From NCBI RefSeq assembly GCF_902766885.1, contig NZ_CACXFS010000036.1: 64,000 bases of DNA; one strand, written 5' to 3'. The notes beneath the pieces were generated by a model that did not search any database, was not told the origin of the DNA, and worked only from the letters and a program-made list of their open reading frames with translations. Source of the stretch: an uncultured Ruminococcus sp. (GTDB taxonomy: Bacteria; Bacillota; Clostridia; Oscillospirales; Acutalibacteraceae). A program made the position numbers and the translations under genes. Within the stretch, counting starts at the first letter, position 1, and each line of letters begins with the position of its first letter. Shown one piece after another: positions 1-8,613 of the stretch.

Positions 1-1036
1 TTTTGATTTTTGCTGCATCGCCCTTGCCGCTTTCAATACGGTCGGGATAGATTGTGCCCTGTGCAAAGAATCCACTACCGTAGCTTTCACGTATTTTGCC
101 CCAGAACACCTTGTAAAATTCTGTGCCGATAATTTCTCTTTTCTTTTCAGGGTCAACAACGCCCTTTAACTTTGAGAGGAACTCATCCTGACAGTTAATG
201 CGTACAAAGTTCATATCAAACAACTTTGTAAAAGTTTCTTCTACAAAGTCGCCCTCGTCTTTACGCATAAGTCCCTGATCGACAAAAACGCAGGTGAGCT
301 GTTTGCCGACAGCCTTACTCAGAAGTGCTGCGGCTACAGAGGAATCGACACCGCCCGAAAGACCTAAAACAACGCCCTTATCGCCTATCTGCTCCTTAAG
401 CTGAGCAACGGTTGTGTCAATAAAGCTTTCCATTTTCCACTCGCCCTTGCACTCGCAGACATCATAAAGAAAGGATTTAAGCATACTTTTACCGTTTTCT
501 GTATGATTTACTTCGGGGTGGAACTGCACACCATAGAGCTTTTTATCAGGGCAGGACATTGCCGCTGTGGGACATACGGCAGTTGTTGCGGTTACGCTGA
601 AACCCTCGGGTACTTCACTGATATAGTCACGGTGGCTCATCCAGGAAATTCCGCTTTCGGGAAGTCCTTTGAATAAAACATCATCAGTATTATATTGTGT
701 TTCGGTCTTGCCGTACTCGCTTGATGAATTATCTGTTGCCGGAGTTACTACGCCGCCGAGCGAATAAGCCATAAGCTGACAACCGTAGCAGATTCCGAGA
801 ATCGGGATTCCGAGCTTGAATATCTCAGGTGTATAGTGAGGTGATGTTTCATCATAAACGCTGTTGGGACCGCCTGTAAAAATAATACCCTTTGGAGCTA
901 TATCCTTGATTTTTTGTATATCAACAGTATAAGGCAGAATTTCGCAGTAAACATTACATTCACGCACTCTGCGTGCAATCAGCTGATTATACTGACCGCC
1001 AAAATCAAGTACAATCACGGTTTCCTTATTACTCAT
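1..1036 (-). CDS. guaA: GMP synthase (glutamine-hydrolysing), N-terminal ~345 aa; the 3' end lies beyond the window start
   Basis: Absent from the ORF track because it is open at the window edge. Hand translation of the minus strand from the ATG at 1036 gives [36 protein letters not shown]. It continues through the GATase motif GICYGCQLM and the PP-loop [15 protein letters not shown]. Confidence 0.9.
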   Translation of the reverse strand, partial: MSNKETVIVLDFGGQYNQLIARRVRECNVYCEILPYTVDIQKIKDIAPKGIIFTGGPNSVYDETSPHYTPEIFKLGIPILGICYGCQLMAYSLGGVVTPATDNSSSEYGKTETQYNTDDVLFKGLPESGISWMSHRDYISEVPEGFSVTATTAVCPTAAMSCPDKKLYGVQFHPEVNHTENGKSMLKSFLYDVCECKGEWKMESFIDTTVAQLKEQIGDKGVVLGLSGGVDSSVAAALLSKAVGKQLTCVFVDQGLMRKDEGDFVEETFTKLFDMNFVRINCQDEFLSKLKGVVDPEKKREIIGTEFYKVFWGKIRESYGSGFFAQGTIYPDRIESGKGDAAKIK

Positions 1037-1066
1037 ATCCTCTCATCTTCCTTTCTATTAACAAGC

Positions 1067-1099
1067 GGCTGTCTCAAAATTAGACACTTTGAGGCAGCC
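1067..1099. repeat. Intergenic hairpin (GGCTGTCTCAAA / TTTGAGGCAGCC, 12-bp stem) between purA and guaA; member of a dispersed hairpin family
   Basis: Read directly: ggctgtctcaaa-attagacac-tttgaggcagcc. The same 12-mer core GGCTGTCTCAAA forms a second hairpin at 37132-37172. Confidence 0.6.
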
Positions 1100-1109
1100 T
1101 CTTTAGATA

Positions 1110-2387
1110 TTATCTGTAAATTATATCGCTTCTTGCAGGTCCGTTTGATACCATTGTAATCGGTACGCCGATTTCTTTTTCGGCAAACTCAATGTATTCT
1201 CGACATTCCTTTGGAAGCTTGTCATATTCTGTAATTCCGGAAATTGAACATTTCCAACCCTTAAGCTTTTTGAGAATGGGTTTGCATCTCTTGAGCTTTG
1301 TAGTTGACGGGAAATAGTCGATAACCTCGCCGTCAAGCTCGTAGCCTACGCATACGGGGATTTCGTCGAGATAACCGAGAACATCAAGAACGGTAAACGC
1401 AACCTGTGTTGCGCCCTGTACCATACAGCCGTAGCGTGTTGCAACGAGGTCAAGCCATCCCATACGGCGAGGTCTGCCTGTAGTTGCGCCGAATTCGCCG
1501 CCGTCACCGCCACGTTTACGGAGTTCATCTGCCTCTTCACCGAAGATTTCGGAAACAAACTCGCCAGCACCTACTGCACTTGAATAAGCCTTTACAACAG
1601 TTATTACATCCTTTATTTCATAGGGCGGAATACCTGCGCCCACAGCGCCGTAGCCTGCGATTGTGTTTGAAGAAGTAACCATAGGATAGATACCGAAATC
1701 GGTGTCCTTAAGTGAGCCGAGCTGACCTTCAAGAAGAATATTCTTTCCCTCTTTGAGCGCTTTATGAATAAAGGTGAAAGCATCTCCTACGTAAGGTGCA
1801 AGAAGCTCCTTATACTCCATAAGCTTATCGAAAACTTCTTCTTCAGTAATAGGCTCTTTATGGTAGAGATTTGTAAGTGTTGCGTTTTTAATTTCAAGTG
1901 CGTGATGAATCTTCTCTTTAAGAGAATCGGGGTCATCGTAAAGCTCGTTAATCTGGAAACCGATTTTTGAATACTTATCGGAATAGAAAGGAGCAATACC
2001 GCTTTTTGTTGAGCCGAAAGAATTTTTGCCGAGACGTTCTTCCTCATAGCAGTCAAATGCAACGTGATAAGGCATTACAATCTGCACTCTGTCGGAAATG
2101 ATGATATTCGGCTCGGGAACTCCTCTTTCCTTGAGATGAGCCATTTCCTTTACGAAATTTTCAACGCTGAAAGCAACGCCGTTGCCGATGATGTTTGTTA
2201 TATTCTGATGAAAAACACCTGACGGTAACTGGTGAAGAGCGAATTTTCCGTAGTCATTTACGATTGTGTGACCTGCGTTTGCACCGCCCTGAAAGCGGAT
2301 TACGATATCGCTGTCGTTGGCAAGAACATCGGTAATTTTACCCTTACCCTCGTCGCCCCAGTTAGCGCCTACAATTGCTTTTACCAT
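1110..2387 (-). CDS. purA: Adenylosuccinate synthetase
   Basis: 425-aa ORF. N-terminus MVKAIVGANWGDEGKGKITD contains the P-loop GDEGKGK typical of PurA, and the ORF is full length. Confidence 0.95.
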   Translation of the reverse strand: MVKAIVGANWGDEGKGKITDVLANDSDIVIRFQGGANAGHTIVNDYGKFALHQLPSGVFHQNITNIIGNGVAFSVENFVKEMAHLKERGVPEPNIIISDRVQIVMPYHVAFDCYEEERLGKNSFGSTKSGIAPFYSDKYSKIGFQINELYDDPDSLKEKIHHALEIKNATLTNLYHKEPITEEEVFDKLMEYKELLAPYVGDAFTFIHKALKEGKNILLEGQLGSLKDTDFGIYPMVTSSNTIAGYGAVGAGIPPYEIKDVITVVKAYSSAVGAGEFVSEIFGEEADELRKRGGDGGEFGATTGRPRRMGWLDLVATRYGCMVQGATQVAFTVLDVLGYLDEIPVCVGYELDGEVIDYFPSTTKLKRCKPILKKLKGWKCSISGITEYDKLPKECREYIEFAEKEIGVPITMVSNGPARSDIIYR

Positions 2388-2444
2388 AGTTAAACTCCTT
2401 CTTGCAGTAATCAGTTACAGAAACTGCATATATGATACAAATTA

Positions 2445-3881
2445 TTATACGTTAATTTCAGGCTTATCGGACTCAATATCCTTGTACTTTTCAAGTACGG
2501 GATTTACAAAGTCGTTTAAGAAATCCTCTGTCTGTTCCTTTGCCCTGCCTGTGTATTTTTCAGGCTGGAGAATATTTTCAAGCTCCTCAAGAGTTACGCC
2601 GAAGGCTTCGTCATTTGCAATACGCTCTAAAAGGTCGTTTTCTCCGCCTTCTTCTTTAATTACCTTTGAAGCCGCCATTGAATGGACACGAATTCTCTCG
2701 TGGAGTTGCTGACGGTCTGCGCCTCTCTTCTTTACAGCGTCCATCATAATATTTTCGGTAGCCATAAAGGGAAGCTCTTTTCTTAAACGCTGTTCGATAA
2801 CCTTGGGATAAACGACAAGTCCGTCAGCTACATTTGCATAGAGTGAAAGAATACCGTCAACGGCAAGGAAAGCCTCGGGAATACTCAGGCGCTTGTTTGC
2901 GGAATCGTCAAGAGTTCTTTCAAACCACTGTGTTGCAGTAGTGAAATATCCGTTTAACACATCGCACATAACGTATCTTGAAAGCGAACCGATACGCTCG
3001 CTTCTCATAGGATTGCGCTTGTAAGCCATAGCCGATGAACCAATCTGATTCTTCTCGAACGGCTCTTCAACCTCTTTGAGGTGCTGTAAAAGTCTAATAT
3101 CATTTGAGAATTTGGACGCTGACTGTGCAATTCCTGCAAGAACATTCAAGAACTGTGAGTCAAGCTTTCTTGAATAGGTCTGTCCCGATACGGGGAAACA
3201 AGACTTGTAGCCCATTTTCTCGGCAATCTTCTTATCAAGCTCTTTGCATTTTTCGTGGTCGCCGTCAAAGAGTTCAAGGAAGCTTGCCTGTGTGCCTGTT
3301 GTGCCCTTTGAGCCGAGAAGCTTTGCCTTTGAAAGCTGATATTCAACGTCCTCCAAATCCATTAAAAGCTCCTGAATCCAGAGTGTTGCTCTCTTGCCTA
3401 CCGTTGTGGGCTGTGCAGGCTGAAAATGTGTGAATGCAAGAGTCGGCAGAGCCTTGTATTCATCGGCAAATTTTGAAAGGTTGCGTATAACGGTTATGAG
3501 CTTATTTCTGATAAGCTGTAAGCCCTCGGTCATTATGATAATATCGGTATTATCGCCGACATAGCAGGAGGTTGCGCCGAGGTGTATAATGCCCTTTGCG
3601 TTGGGACACTGAACGCCGTAGGCATAAACGTGCGACATAACGTCGTGACGGACGAGCTTTTCTCTCTCCTGAGCTACTTCGTAATTGATGTCATCAGCGT
3701 GAGCTTTTAACTCGTCAATCTGCTCCTGTGTTATCGGCAAACCAAGCTCCATTTCGGACTCTGCAAGAGCAATCCAGAGCTTGCGCCATGTTCTGAATTT
3801 TTTATCGGGAGAAAATATATACTTCATTTCCTTGCTGGCATAACGTGCTGACAAGGGTGATTCATATGTATTTTTTTCCAT
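2445..3881 (-). CDS. purB: Adenylosuccinate lyase
   Basis: ORF 2445-3890. It carries the fumarate-lyase signature GSSAMAYKRNP and a PurB-like N-terminus SPLSARYASKEM. The start is moved to the ATG at 3881 because GAAAGG abuts the first ATG and lies 9 nt before the second. Confidence 0.92.
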   Translation of the reverse strand: MEKNTYESPLSARYASKEMKYIFSPDKKFRTWRKLWIALAESEMELGLPITQEQIDELKAHADDINYEVAQEREKLVRHDVMSHVYAYGVQCPNAKGIIHLGATSCYVGDNTDIIIMTEGLQLIRNKLITVIRNLSKFADEYKALPTLAFTHFQPAQPTTVGKRATLWIQELLMDLEDVEYQLSKAKLLGSKGTTGTQASFLELFDGDHEKCKELDKKIAEKMGYKSCFPVSGQTYSRKLDSQFLNVLAGIAQSASKFSNDIRLLQHLKEVEEPFEKNQIGSSAMAYKRNPMRSERIGSLSRYVMCDVLNGYFTTATQWFERTLDDSANKRLSIPEAFLAVDGILSLYANVADGLVVYPKVIEQRLRKELPFMATENIMMDAVKKRGADRQQLHERIRVHSMAASKVIKEEGGENDLLERIANDEAFGVTLEELENILQPEKYTGRAKEQTEDFLNDFVNPVLEKYKDIESDKPEINV

Positions 3882-3914
3882 TATATACATCCTTTCAAAA
3901 TTTGGATTATTTCC

Positions 3915-5372
3915 TTAACATTTCTTTTTATCAAAATTCATTCCGCCTCGTTCCTTACCCTTGAAGGTTTCTTTGGTAATCGGAGCAGGATAATTGCCGG
4001 TAAAGCAACCGTCGCAGAATCCTATCGGGGCGAAATTTATCATCTCGTGGAGCGACTCAACAGGCAGATATCCGAGCGAATCAGCTCCGCTTAATTTTGT
4101 AATTTCTTCAATTGTATGATTGCATGCTATAAGCTCGCCACGGGAAGGAATATCGGTACCGTAATAGCAAGGCCACAAAAACGGCGGTGAGCTGATACGC
4201 ATATGAACTTCTTTTGCGCCAGCCTCACGTAACATTGTGACAATTCTGTCAACGGTTGTACCACGCACGATGCTGTCGTCAATCATAACAACTCTTTTAC
4301 CCTTTACCATATCAGCAATAGGATTGAGCTTGATTTTAACGCTTTTCATACGCTCTTTCTGGCTGGGCTTAATAAAGGTTCTGCCGATGTAGCTGTTCTT
4401 TACAATAGCCTTTTCGTATGGGATTCCCGATTCTTCGCTGTAGCCTATTGCGGCGTCAATTCCCGATTCGGGAACACCGATTACCATATCGGCCTCAACA
4501 GGATAAGTTCTTGCAAGAATTCGTCCTGCCTGCTTTCTTGCCTCGTACACGCTTACGCCGTCAATAAAGGAGTCACTTCTTGCAAAATAGATATACTCAA
4601 AAATGCAGAGCGACTTTTTCTTTTCGCCGAAATCGGGTTTTATACTGCGAACGCCTTCGTTGTCGACAACGACAATTTCACCCGGCTCAACGTCACGGAT
4701 ATATTCAGCTCCGCAGGCATCAAGTGCCGCACTTTCGCTTGCAAAAACAATTGAATCGTTGTATTTTCCCATACAAAGCGGACGGAATCCGTGAGGGTCA
4801 CGAGCAGCAATAAGCTTTCTCGGACTCATTACGAGCAGAGAATACGCTCCTTCAATTACCTGCATTGTACGTGCAACAGCTTCTTCAACGGTATGACATT
4901 TCAGTCTTTCCCTTGCTATTACATAACAGATAACTTCTGAATCAATTGTAGTCTGAAATATTGCGCCACGCTGTTCAAGCTGTCTGCGGATTTCAAGGGC
5001 GTTTGTCAGATTGCCGTTGTGAGCAACCGAAAGAGTACCCTTTACATAACGCATAACAAGCGGCTGTGCATTTTCAAGCACAGAGCCGCCTGCCGTTGAA
5101 TAACGAACGTGGGAAATACCCATTTGACCGTTTAATGAGTCAAGAATACTGTTGTTGAACACTTCGGTAACAAGACCCATATTTTTGTGATAATCAATTA
5201 CACCGTCATCGGATACAGCTATTCCGCAGCTTTCCTGACCTCTGTGCTGAAGTGCAAGAAGACCGTTGTAGCAAGCGTAGGCAGGATTAATTGTGCCGTC
5301 GCTGAATATTCCGAATACGCCGCACTCCTCGTGCAGTCCCTCTTTTGCAAAATTATCGAAAGAAAAGTTCAA
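3915..5372 (-). CDS. purF: Amidophosphoribosyltransferase with a short propeptide before the catalytic Cys
   Basis: 485-aa ORF with a TTG start preceded by GGTGG. The Ntn motif EE-CGVFGIF follows a 17-aa propeptide, as in Bacillus-type PurF. PRPP-binding loop VVMIDDSIVRGTT is present, as are C-terminal Cys residues for the 4Fe-4S cluster. Confidence 0.93.
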   Translation of the reverse strand: MNFSFDNFAKEGLHEECGVFGIFSDGTINPAYACYNGLLALQHRGQESCGIAVSDDGVIDYHKNMGLVTEVFNNSILDSLNGQMGISHVRYSTAGGSVLENAQPLVMRYVKGTLSVAHNGNLTNALEIRRQLEQRGAIFQTTIDSEVICYVIARERLKCHTVEEAVARTMQVIEGAYSLLVMSPRKLIAARDPHGFRPLCMGKYNDSIVFASESAALDACGAEYIRDVEPGEIVVVDNEGVRSIKPDFGEKKKSLCIFEYIYFARSDSFIDGVSVYEARKQAGRILARTYPVEADMVIGVPESGIDAAIGYSEESGIPYEKAIVKNSYIGRTFIKPSQKERMKSVKIKLNPIADMVKGKRVVMIDDSIVRGTTVDRIVTMLREAGAKEVHMRISSPPFLWPCYYGTDIPSRGELIACNHTIEEITKLSGADSLGYLPVESLHEMINFAPIGFCDGCFTGNYPAPITKETFKGKERGGMNFDKKKC

Positions 5373-5413
5373 GGTTCCACCATCCGTTTTATAGAAATTG
5401 CGGTTAAAATTAA

Positions 5414-6121
5414 TTATGCAAGACCGATACGCTTCATCATCTCGGCATAAGCCTCTTCTACACCGCCCATATCACGACGGAAACGGTCTTTGTCAAGTTT
5501 CTCCTGAGTGTCCATATCCCAGAAACGGCAGGTATCGGGAGAAATTTCGTCAGCAAGTAAAATCTGACCGTGGAATCTGCCAAATTCAATCTTGAAGTCA
5601 ATTAAGTCAACATTACATTCCTTGAAGAACTCAACCATAAGCTCGTTAATGCGAAGTGCCATTTTTGAGATTGTGTCGATTTCTTCCTTAGTAGCAAAGC
5701 CTGCTGCAAGGATGTGATATTCATTTACCATCGGGTCGCCCAAGTCGTCGTTCTTGTAGCAGAACTCAAGCACGGGAGTTTTCATGGGTGTGCCCTCGGG
5801 AAGACCAAGGCGCTTGGAAAGACTGCCTGCAGCCTTATTTCTTACAATTACCTCTAAAGGTACAATTTCAACCTTCTTTAATACTGTATCTCTGTCGCTT
5901 AACTCCTCAACAAAGTCTGTTGCAATACCGTCTTTTTCAAGGAGTTTGAACATAAAGTTGCTCATACGGTTGTTTACAACGCCCTTGCCGATGATTGTAC
6001 CCTTCTTTTCGCCGTTAAAAGCAGTTGCATCGTCTTTGTAAGAAACAATGCAGTAATCGGGGTTATCGGTAGCGAATACTTTTTTAGCTTTTCCCTCGTA
6101 GAGAAGTTCTTTCTTTTCCAT
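5414..6121 (-). CDS. purC: Phosphoribosylaminoimidazole-succinocarboxamide (SAICAR) synthase
   Basis: ORF 5414-6136. [10 protein letters not shown] and DTCRFWD motifs are present. The first ATG lies inside the SD (atGGAGGaattaataATG), so the start is set at 6121. Confidence 0.92.
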   Translation of the reverse strand: MEKKELLYEGKAKKVFATDNPDYCIVSYKDDATAFNGEKKGTIIGKGVVNNRMSNFMFKLLEKDGIATDFVEELSDRDTVLKKVEIVPLEVIVRNKAAGSLSKRLGLPEGTPMKTPVLEFCYKNDDLGDPMVNEYHILAAGFATKEEIDTISKMALRINELMVEFFKECNVDLIDFKIEFGRFHGQILLADEISPDTCRFWDMDTQEKLDKDRFRRDMGGVEEAYAEMMKRIGLA

Positions 6122-6199
6122 TATTAATTCCTCCATACTGCGGCTTTATAATCAGATTTCCGATTAAAAAAGCCAAAACAAAATAAGAATACAACATAT

Positions 6200-6228
6200 A
6201 TTATAATATAGTTTTTGAAAATTAGCAA
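6200..6228 (-). promoter_or_regulatory. Candidate sigma-A promoter of the purC operon (TTGCTA-17 nt-TATAAT)
   Basis: The minus strand reads ttgcta attttcaaaaactatat tataat, about 75 nt upstream of the purC start. Confidence 0.45.
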
Positions 6229-6311
6229 CCATATTAGAATTAAAAATAAATTTTTACATATTTTTTTAAAATTTCCGCAAATCCGGTTATTTTTTGGAAA
6301 AATAAACTGTT

Positions 6312-6346
6312 AGAAAAAGAAAAAGCACCCACCATATGTGAGTGCT
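6312..6346 (-). terminator. Rho-independent terminator-like hairpin, the third in a row downstream of tRNA-Leu
   Basis: The minus strand reads agcactca-catatgg-tgggtgct followed by tttttctttttc. Confidence 0.5.
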
Positions 6347-6402
6347 ATGTCAACCAATTATGCAAAATACTTACACAGATGAAAGCAATAAATTAAAAAA
6401 CA

Positions 6403-6442
6403 AATGCCCCGTACGCAGTTTGCGTATCGAGGCACTCGATTG
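6403..6442 (-). repeat. Copy A of a 40-nt terminator-like palindromic element
   Basis: aatgccccgtacgcagtttgcgtatcgaggcactcgattg matches copy B at 35 of 40 positions. On the minus strand it folds into a GC-rich stem followed by tttgtttttt. Confidence 0.6.
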
Positions 6443-6501
6443 TCAATAGGTTATAAAAAAGATGTCACATCTGACGCGAGAATTAAACTTAAAAAAAGAA
6501 G

Positions 6502-6541
6502 AATGCCCCGTACGCGTTCTGCGTGTCGAGGCACTCGACTG
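6502..6541 (-). repeat. Copy B of the 40-nt terminator-like element, starting directly at the tRNA-Leu 3' CCA
   Basis: aatgccccgtacgcgttctgcgtgtcgaggcactcgactg. On the minus strand the stem GCCTCG..ACGC / GCGT..CGGGGC is followed by attcttcttttttt. Confidence 0.65.
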
Positions 6542-6626
6542 GTGCCGGTGGCGGGACTCGAACCCGCACGATGTCGCCATCAACGGATTTTGAGTCCGTC
6601 ACGTCTGCCAATTCCATCACACCGGC
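6540..6626 (-). tRNA. tRNA-Leu (anticodon CAA), type II with long variable arm, CCA encoded
   Basis: Minus strand: GCCGGTG..(D arm)..ACGGA-CTCAAAA-TCCGT..GATG-GCGA-CATC (variable arm)..GCGGG-TTCGAGT-CCCGC-CACCGGC-A-CCA. All four stems were folded by hand. Confidence 0.92.
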
Positions 6627-6639
6627 CAGTGCATAAGCT

Positions 6640-6668
6640 ATTATACACTAATAAAAATTAAAAATCAA
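6640..6668 (-). promoter_or_regulatory. Candidate sigma-A promoter for tRNA-Leu (TTGATT-17 nt-TATAAT)
   Basis: The minus strand reads ttgatt tttaatttttattagtg tataat. The -10 element ends 13 nt before the mature tRNA 5' end. Confidence 0.5.
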
Positions 6669-6755
6669 GTATAATTTCTTATTTAATGAATTCAATAAAA
6701 GACTATCCTATTTTACATATTAATCTTTCATTTTTCTTTTAAATATATTAAAATT

Positions 6756-7871
6756 GTGCTTATTTTTGGTAAAATGAAAAAAATCAATGAAAGCTGTGGT
6801 TTTATGACTAACAAAAATTTGATTGACCTTGAGGCTATGTCCCCCGAACAGATTGACAAAATAATCAGAAAAGCCAAGAAAATTATGCAGAGCCCTGCAG
6901 ATTACCGGCATGCCTGCGACGGAAAAATTCTTGCTACGCTTTTCTACGAGCCGAGCACAAGAACGCAGATGTCTTTTCAGACGGCTATGCTTAAACTCGG
7001 CGGACGTACTATCGGATTTGACAACCCGATGAATTCTTCGGTTGCAAAGGGTGAAAGCCTGAAAGATACTATTAAAATCATAAGCGGATATGCTGACATA
7101 ATCGCAATAAGACACCCTGTTGAGGGTACGGCTATGGCGTCGTCTTTGTATGCCGACGTGCCAGTAATTAACTGCGGTGACGGCGGTCACCTCCACCCTA
7201 CTCAGACATTGACAGATATTGTAACTTTAAGCTGTGAAAAAGGCAGACTTGATAATCTGAAAATCGGCGTATGCGGTGACTTGTTAAACGGAAGAACTGT
7301 TCATTCGCTTATTAAAACTTTGGCAAAATATGAAAATAATTCTTTTGTGCTTATTTCCACAAAAGAATTAAGCGTACCGCTTTATATTATTGATATCCTT
7401 GAAAAGCACGGCTGTAAGTATGAAATTTCTCACAGTCTTGCTGACGCAATCACTGACCTTGACGTACTTTATATGACAAGAATACAGCGTGAGCGTTTTA
7501 AAAGTGATGAAGAATATGAGGCTCAAAAGAATGTTTTTGTACTCGACAGAGAAAAACTCGATAAAGCAAAAGATGATATGATTATTCTTCATCCTTTGCC
7601 GAGAGTTAACGAAATTACGGTTGACATTGATGATGACCCGAGAGCACTGTACTTTAAGCAGGCTCAGTACGGAATGTACGGCAGAATGGCGCTCATTCTT
7701 ATGCTTTTGCAGGACGAAGATTTTACGATTGCGACAAGAGAAACAAATGTTATTGAACACAGATGCTCGAATCCAAAGTGCATAACTCAGACAGAGGAAT
7801 ATCTGCCTAATCTGAGCTATGAAAAGCTGGGAATGACAATGTGTGATTTCTGCGACAAACGAATTGACTGA
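6756..7871 (+). CDS. pyrB: Aspartate carbamoyltransferase catalytic chain fused to a C-terminal PyrI-type zinc domain
   Basis: 371-aa ORF. ATCase motifs STRTQMSF, HPTQ and HPLPR are present. The last ~50 aa (HRCSNPKCITQTEEYLPNLSYEKLGMTMCDFCDKRI) show the C-x4-C...C-x2-C pattern of the regulatory-chain zinc domain. The true start may be the ATG at 6804 (MTNKNLIDLE). Confidence 0.85.
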   Translation: MLIFGKMKKINESCGFMTNKNLIDLEAMSPEQIDKIIRKAKKIMQSPADYRHACDGKILATLFYEPSTRTQMSFQTAMLKLGGRTIGFDNPMNSSVAKGESLKDTIKIISGYADIIAIRHPVEGTAMASSLYADVPVINCGDGGHLHPTQTLTDIVTLSCEKGRLDNLKIGVCGDLLNGRTVHSLIKTLAKYENNSFVLISTKELSVPLYIIDILEKHGCKYEISHSLADAITDLDVLYMTRIQRERFKSDEEYEAQKNVFVLDREKLDKAKDDMIILHPLPRVNEITVDIDDDPRALYFKQAQYGMYGRMALILMLLQDEDFTIATRETNVIEHRCSNPKCITQTEEYLPNLSYEKLGMTMCDFCDKRID

Positions 7872-7881
7872 GGCGATAATT

Positions 7882-8493
7882 ATGGATAAAAAATCAACAA
7901 GAAAAAAGAATATTTTTAATAAGGAAAAAAGCGCTGCAAGCACGGCAATTATTGCCTCTCTTGCATATCTGGTATTAGGATTTATTATGATGCTGTTTCC
8001 TTCATCAATCAGCAGTGTGCTTTGCTACACGCTTGGAATTGTGCTGACGGTTTACGGTCTTTTTAACATAATCTCTTTTTTCATAAACAAGGAATACGGT
8101 CTGTATTTCGAACTTATTGTCGGCGTTTTAGCAACTGCTTTCGGAATATTTACTCTGTTTTCTCCAAGAATAATTGTAGATATAATTTTTGTTACTATAG
8201 GAATTATAATCATTATAGACAGCCTTATGGACATAAAACATTCCTTTCAGCTTAAAGCTTTGGGAATGAAATACTGGTGGATATGCACTGCTGTTTCTGT
8301 TTCAGTAATAATCCTCGGTTTATGCACAATCTTCTTCCCGAGCTTTTTCGGCGACTTCTTAATTTTCCTTTTAGGAATTATAATGATTTATGAGGGTGTT
8401 TCGGGACTTTTGATAATAGGCTTGTTCGGTCATTATTCGAAAAGCCGTAAAAATGACAAAATGATTGACGTAGACGCAACTGATGTTTATTAA
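7882..8493 (+). CDS. HdeD/DUF308-like multi-pass membrane protein
   Basis: ORF 7843-8493 trimmed to the ATG at 7882 (GAGG 7 nt upstream). It has six predicted TM helices in three pairs and resembles the HdeD family. The family call is tentative. Confidence 0.5.
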   Translation: MDKKSTRKKNIFNKEKSAASTAIIASLAYLVLGFIMMLFPSSISSVLCYTLGIVLTVYGLFNIISFFINKEYGLYFELIVGVLATAFGIFTLFSPRIIVDIIFVTIGIIIIIDSLMDIKHSFQLKALGMKYWWICTAVSVSVIILGLCTIFFPSFFGDFLIFLLGIIMIYEGVSGLLIIGLFGHYSKSRKNDKMIDVDATDVY

Positions 8494-8516
8494 CAGCTTA
8501 ATTCTAATTCAGAAAA

Positions 8517-8550
8517 ATCACTCTGTTTTACAGGGTGATTTTTATTTTAT
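8517..8550 (+). terminator. Rho-independent terminator
   Basis: atcactctg-tttta-cagggtgat followed by ttttattttatttt. Confidence 0.6.
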
Positions 8551-8613
8551 TTTAAAATACCATTGACTAAATTTTTCTAATTTTTTATACTATATTTGAA
8601 AGGAGTTATTAAC

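Noticed and set aside
6122-6330. Purine riboswitch upstream of purC
   Set aside because: I read the leader on the coding strand and found no conserved aptamer junctions or loop-loop motifs. The leader after the predicted promoter is only about 75 nt long.
6404-6661. 85-aa plus-strand ORF from the track (MPRTQFAYRGTRL...MPRTRSACRGTRL...)
   Set aside because: It runs antisense through tRNA-Leu and simply translates the two copies of the terminator-like repeat. It has no SD and no coding-like composition.
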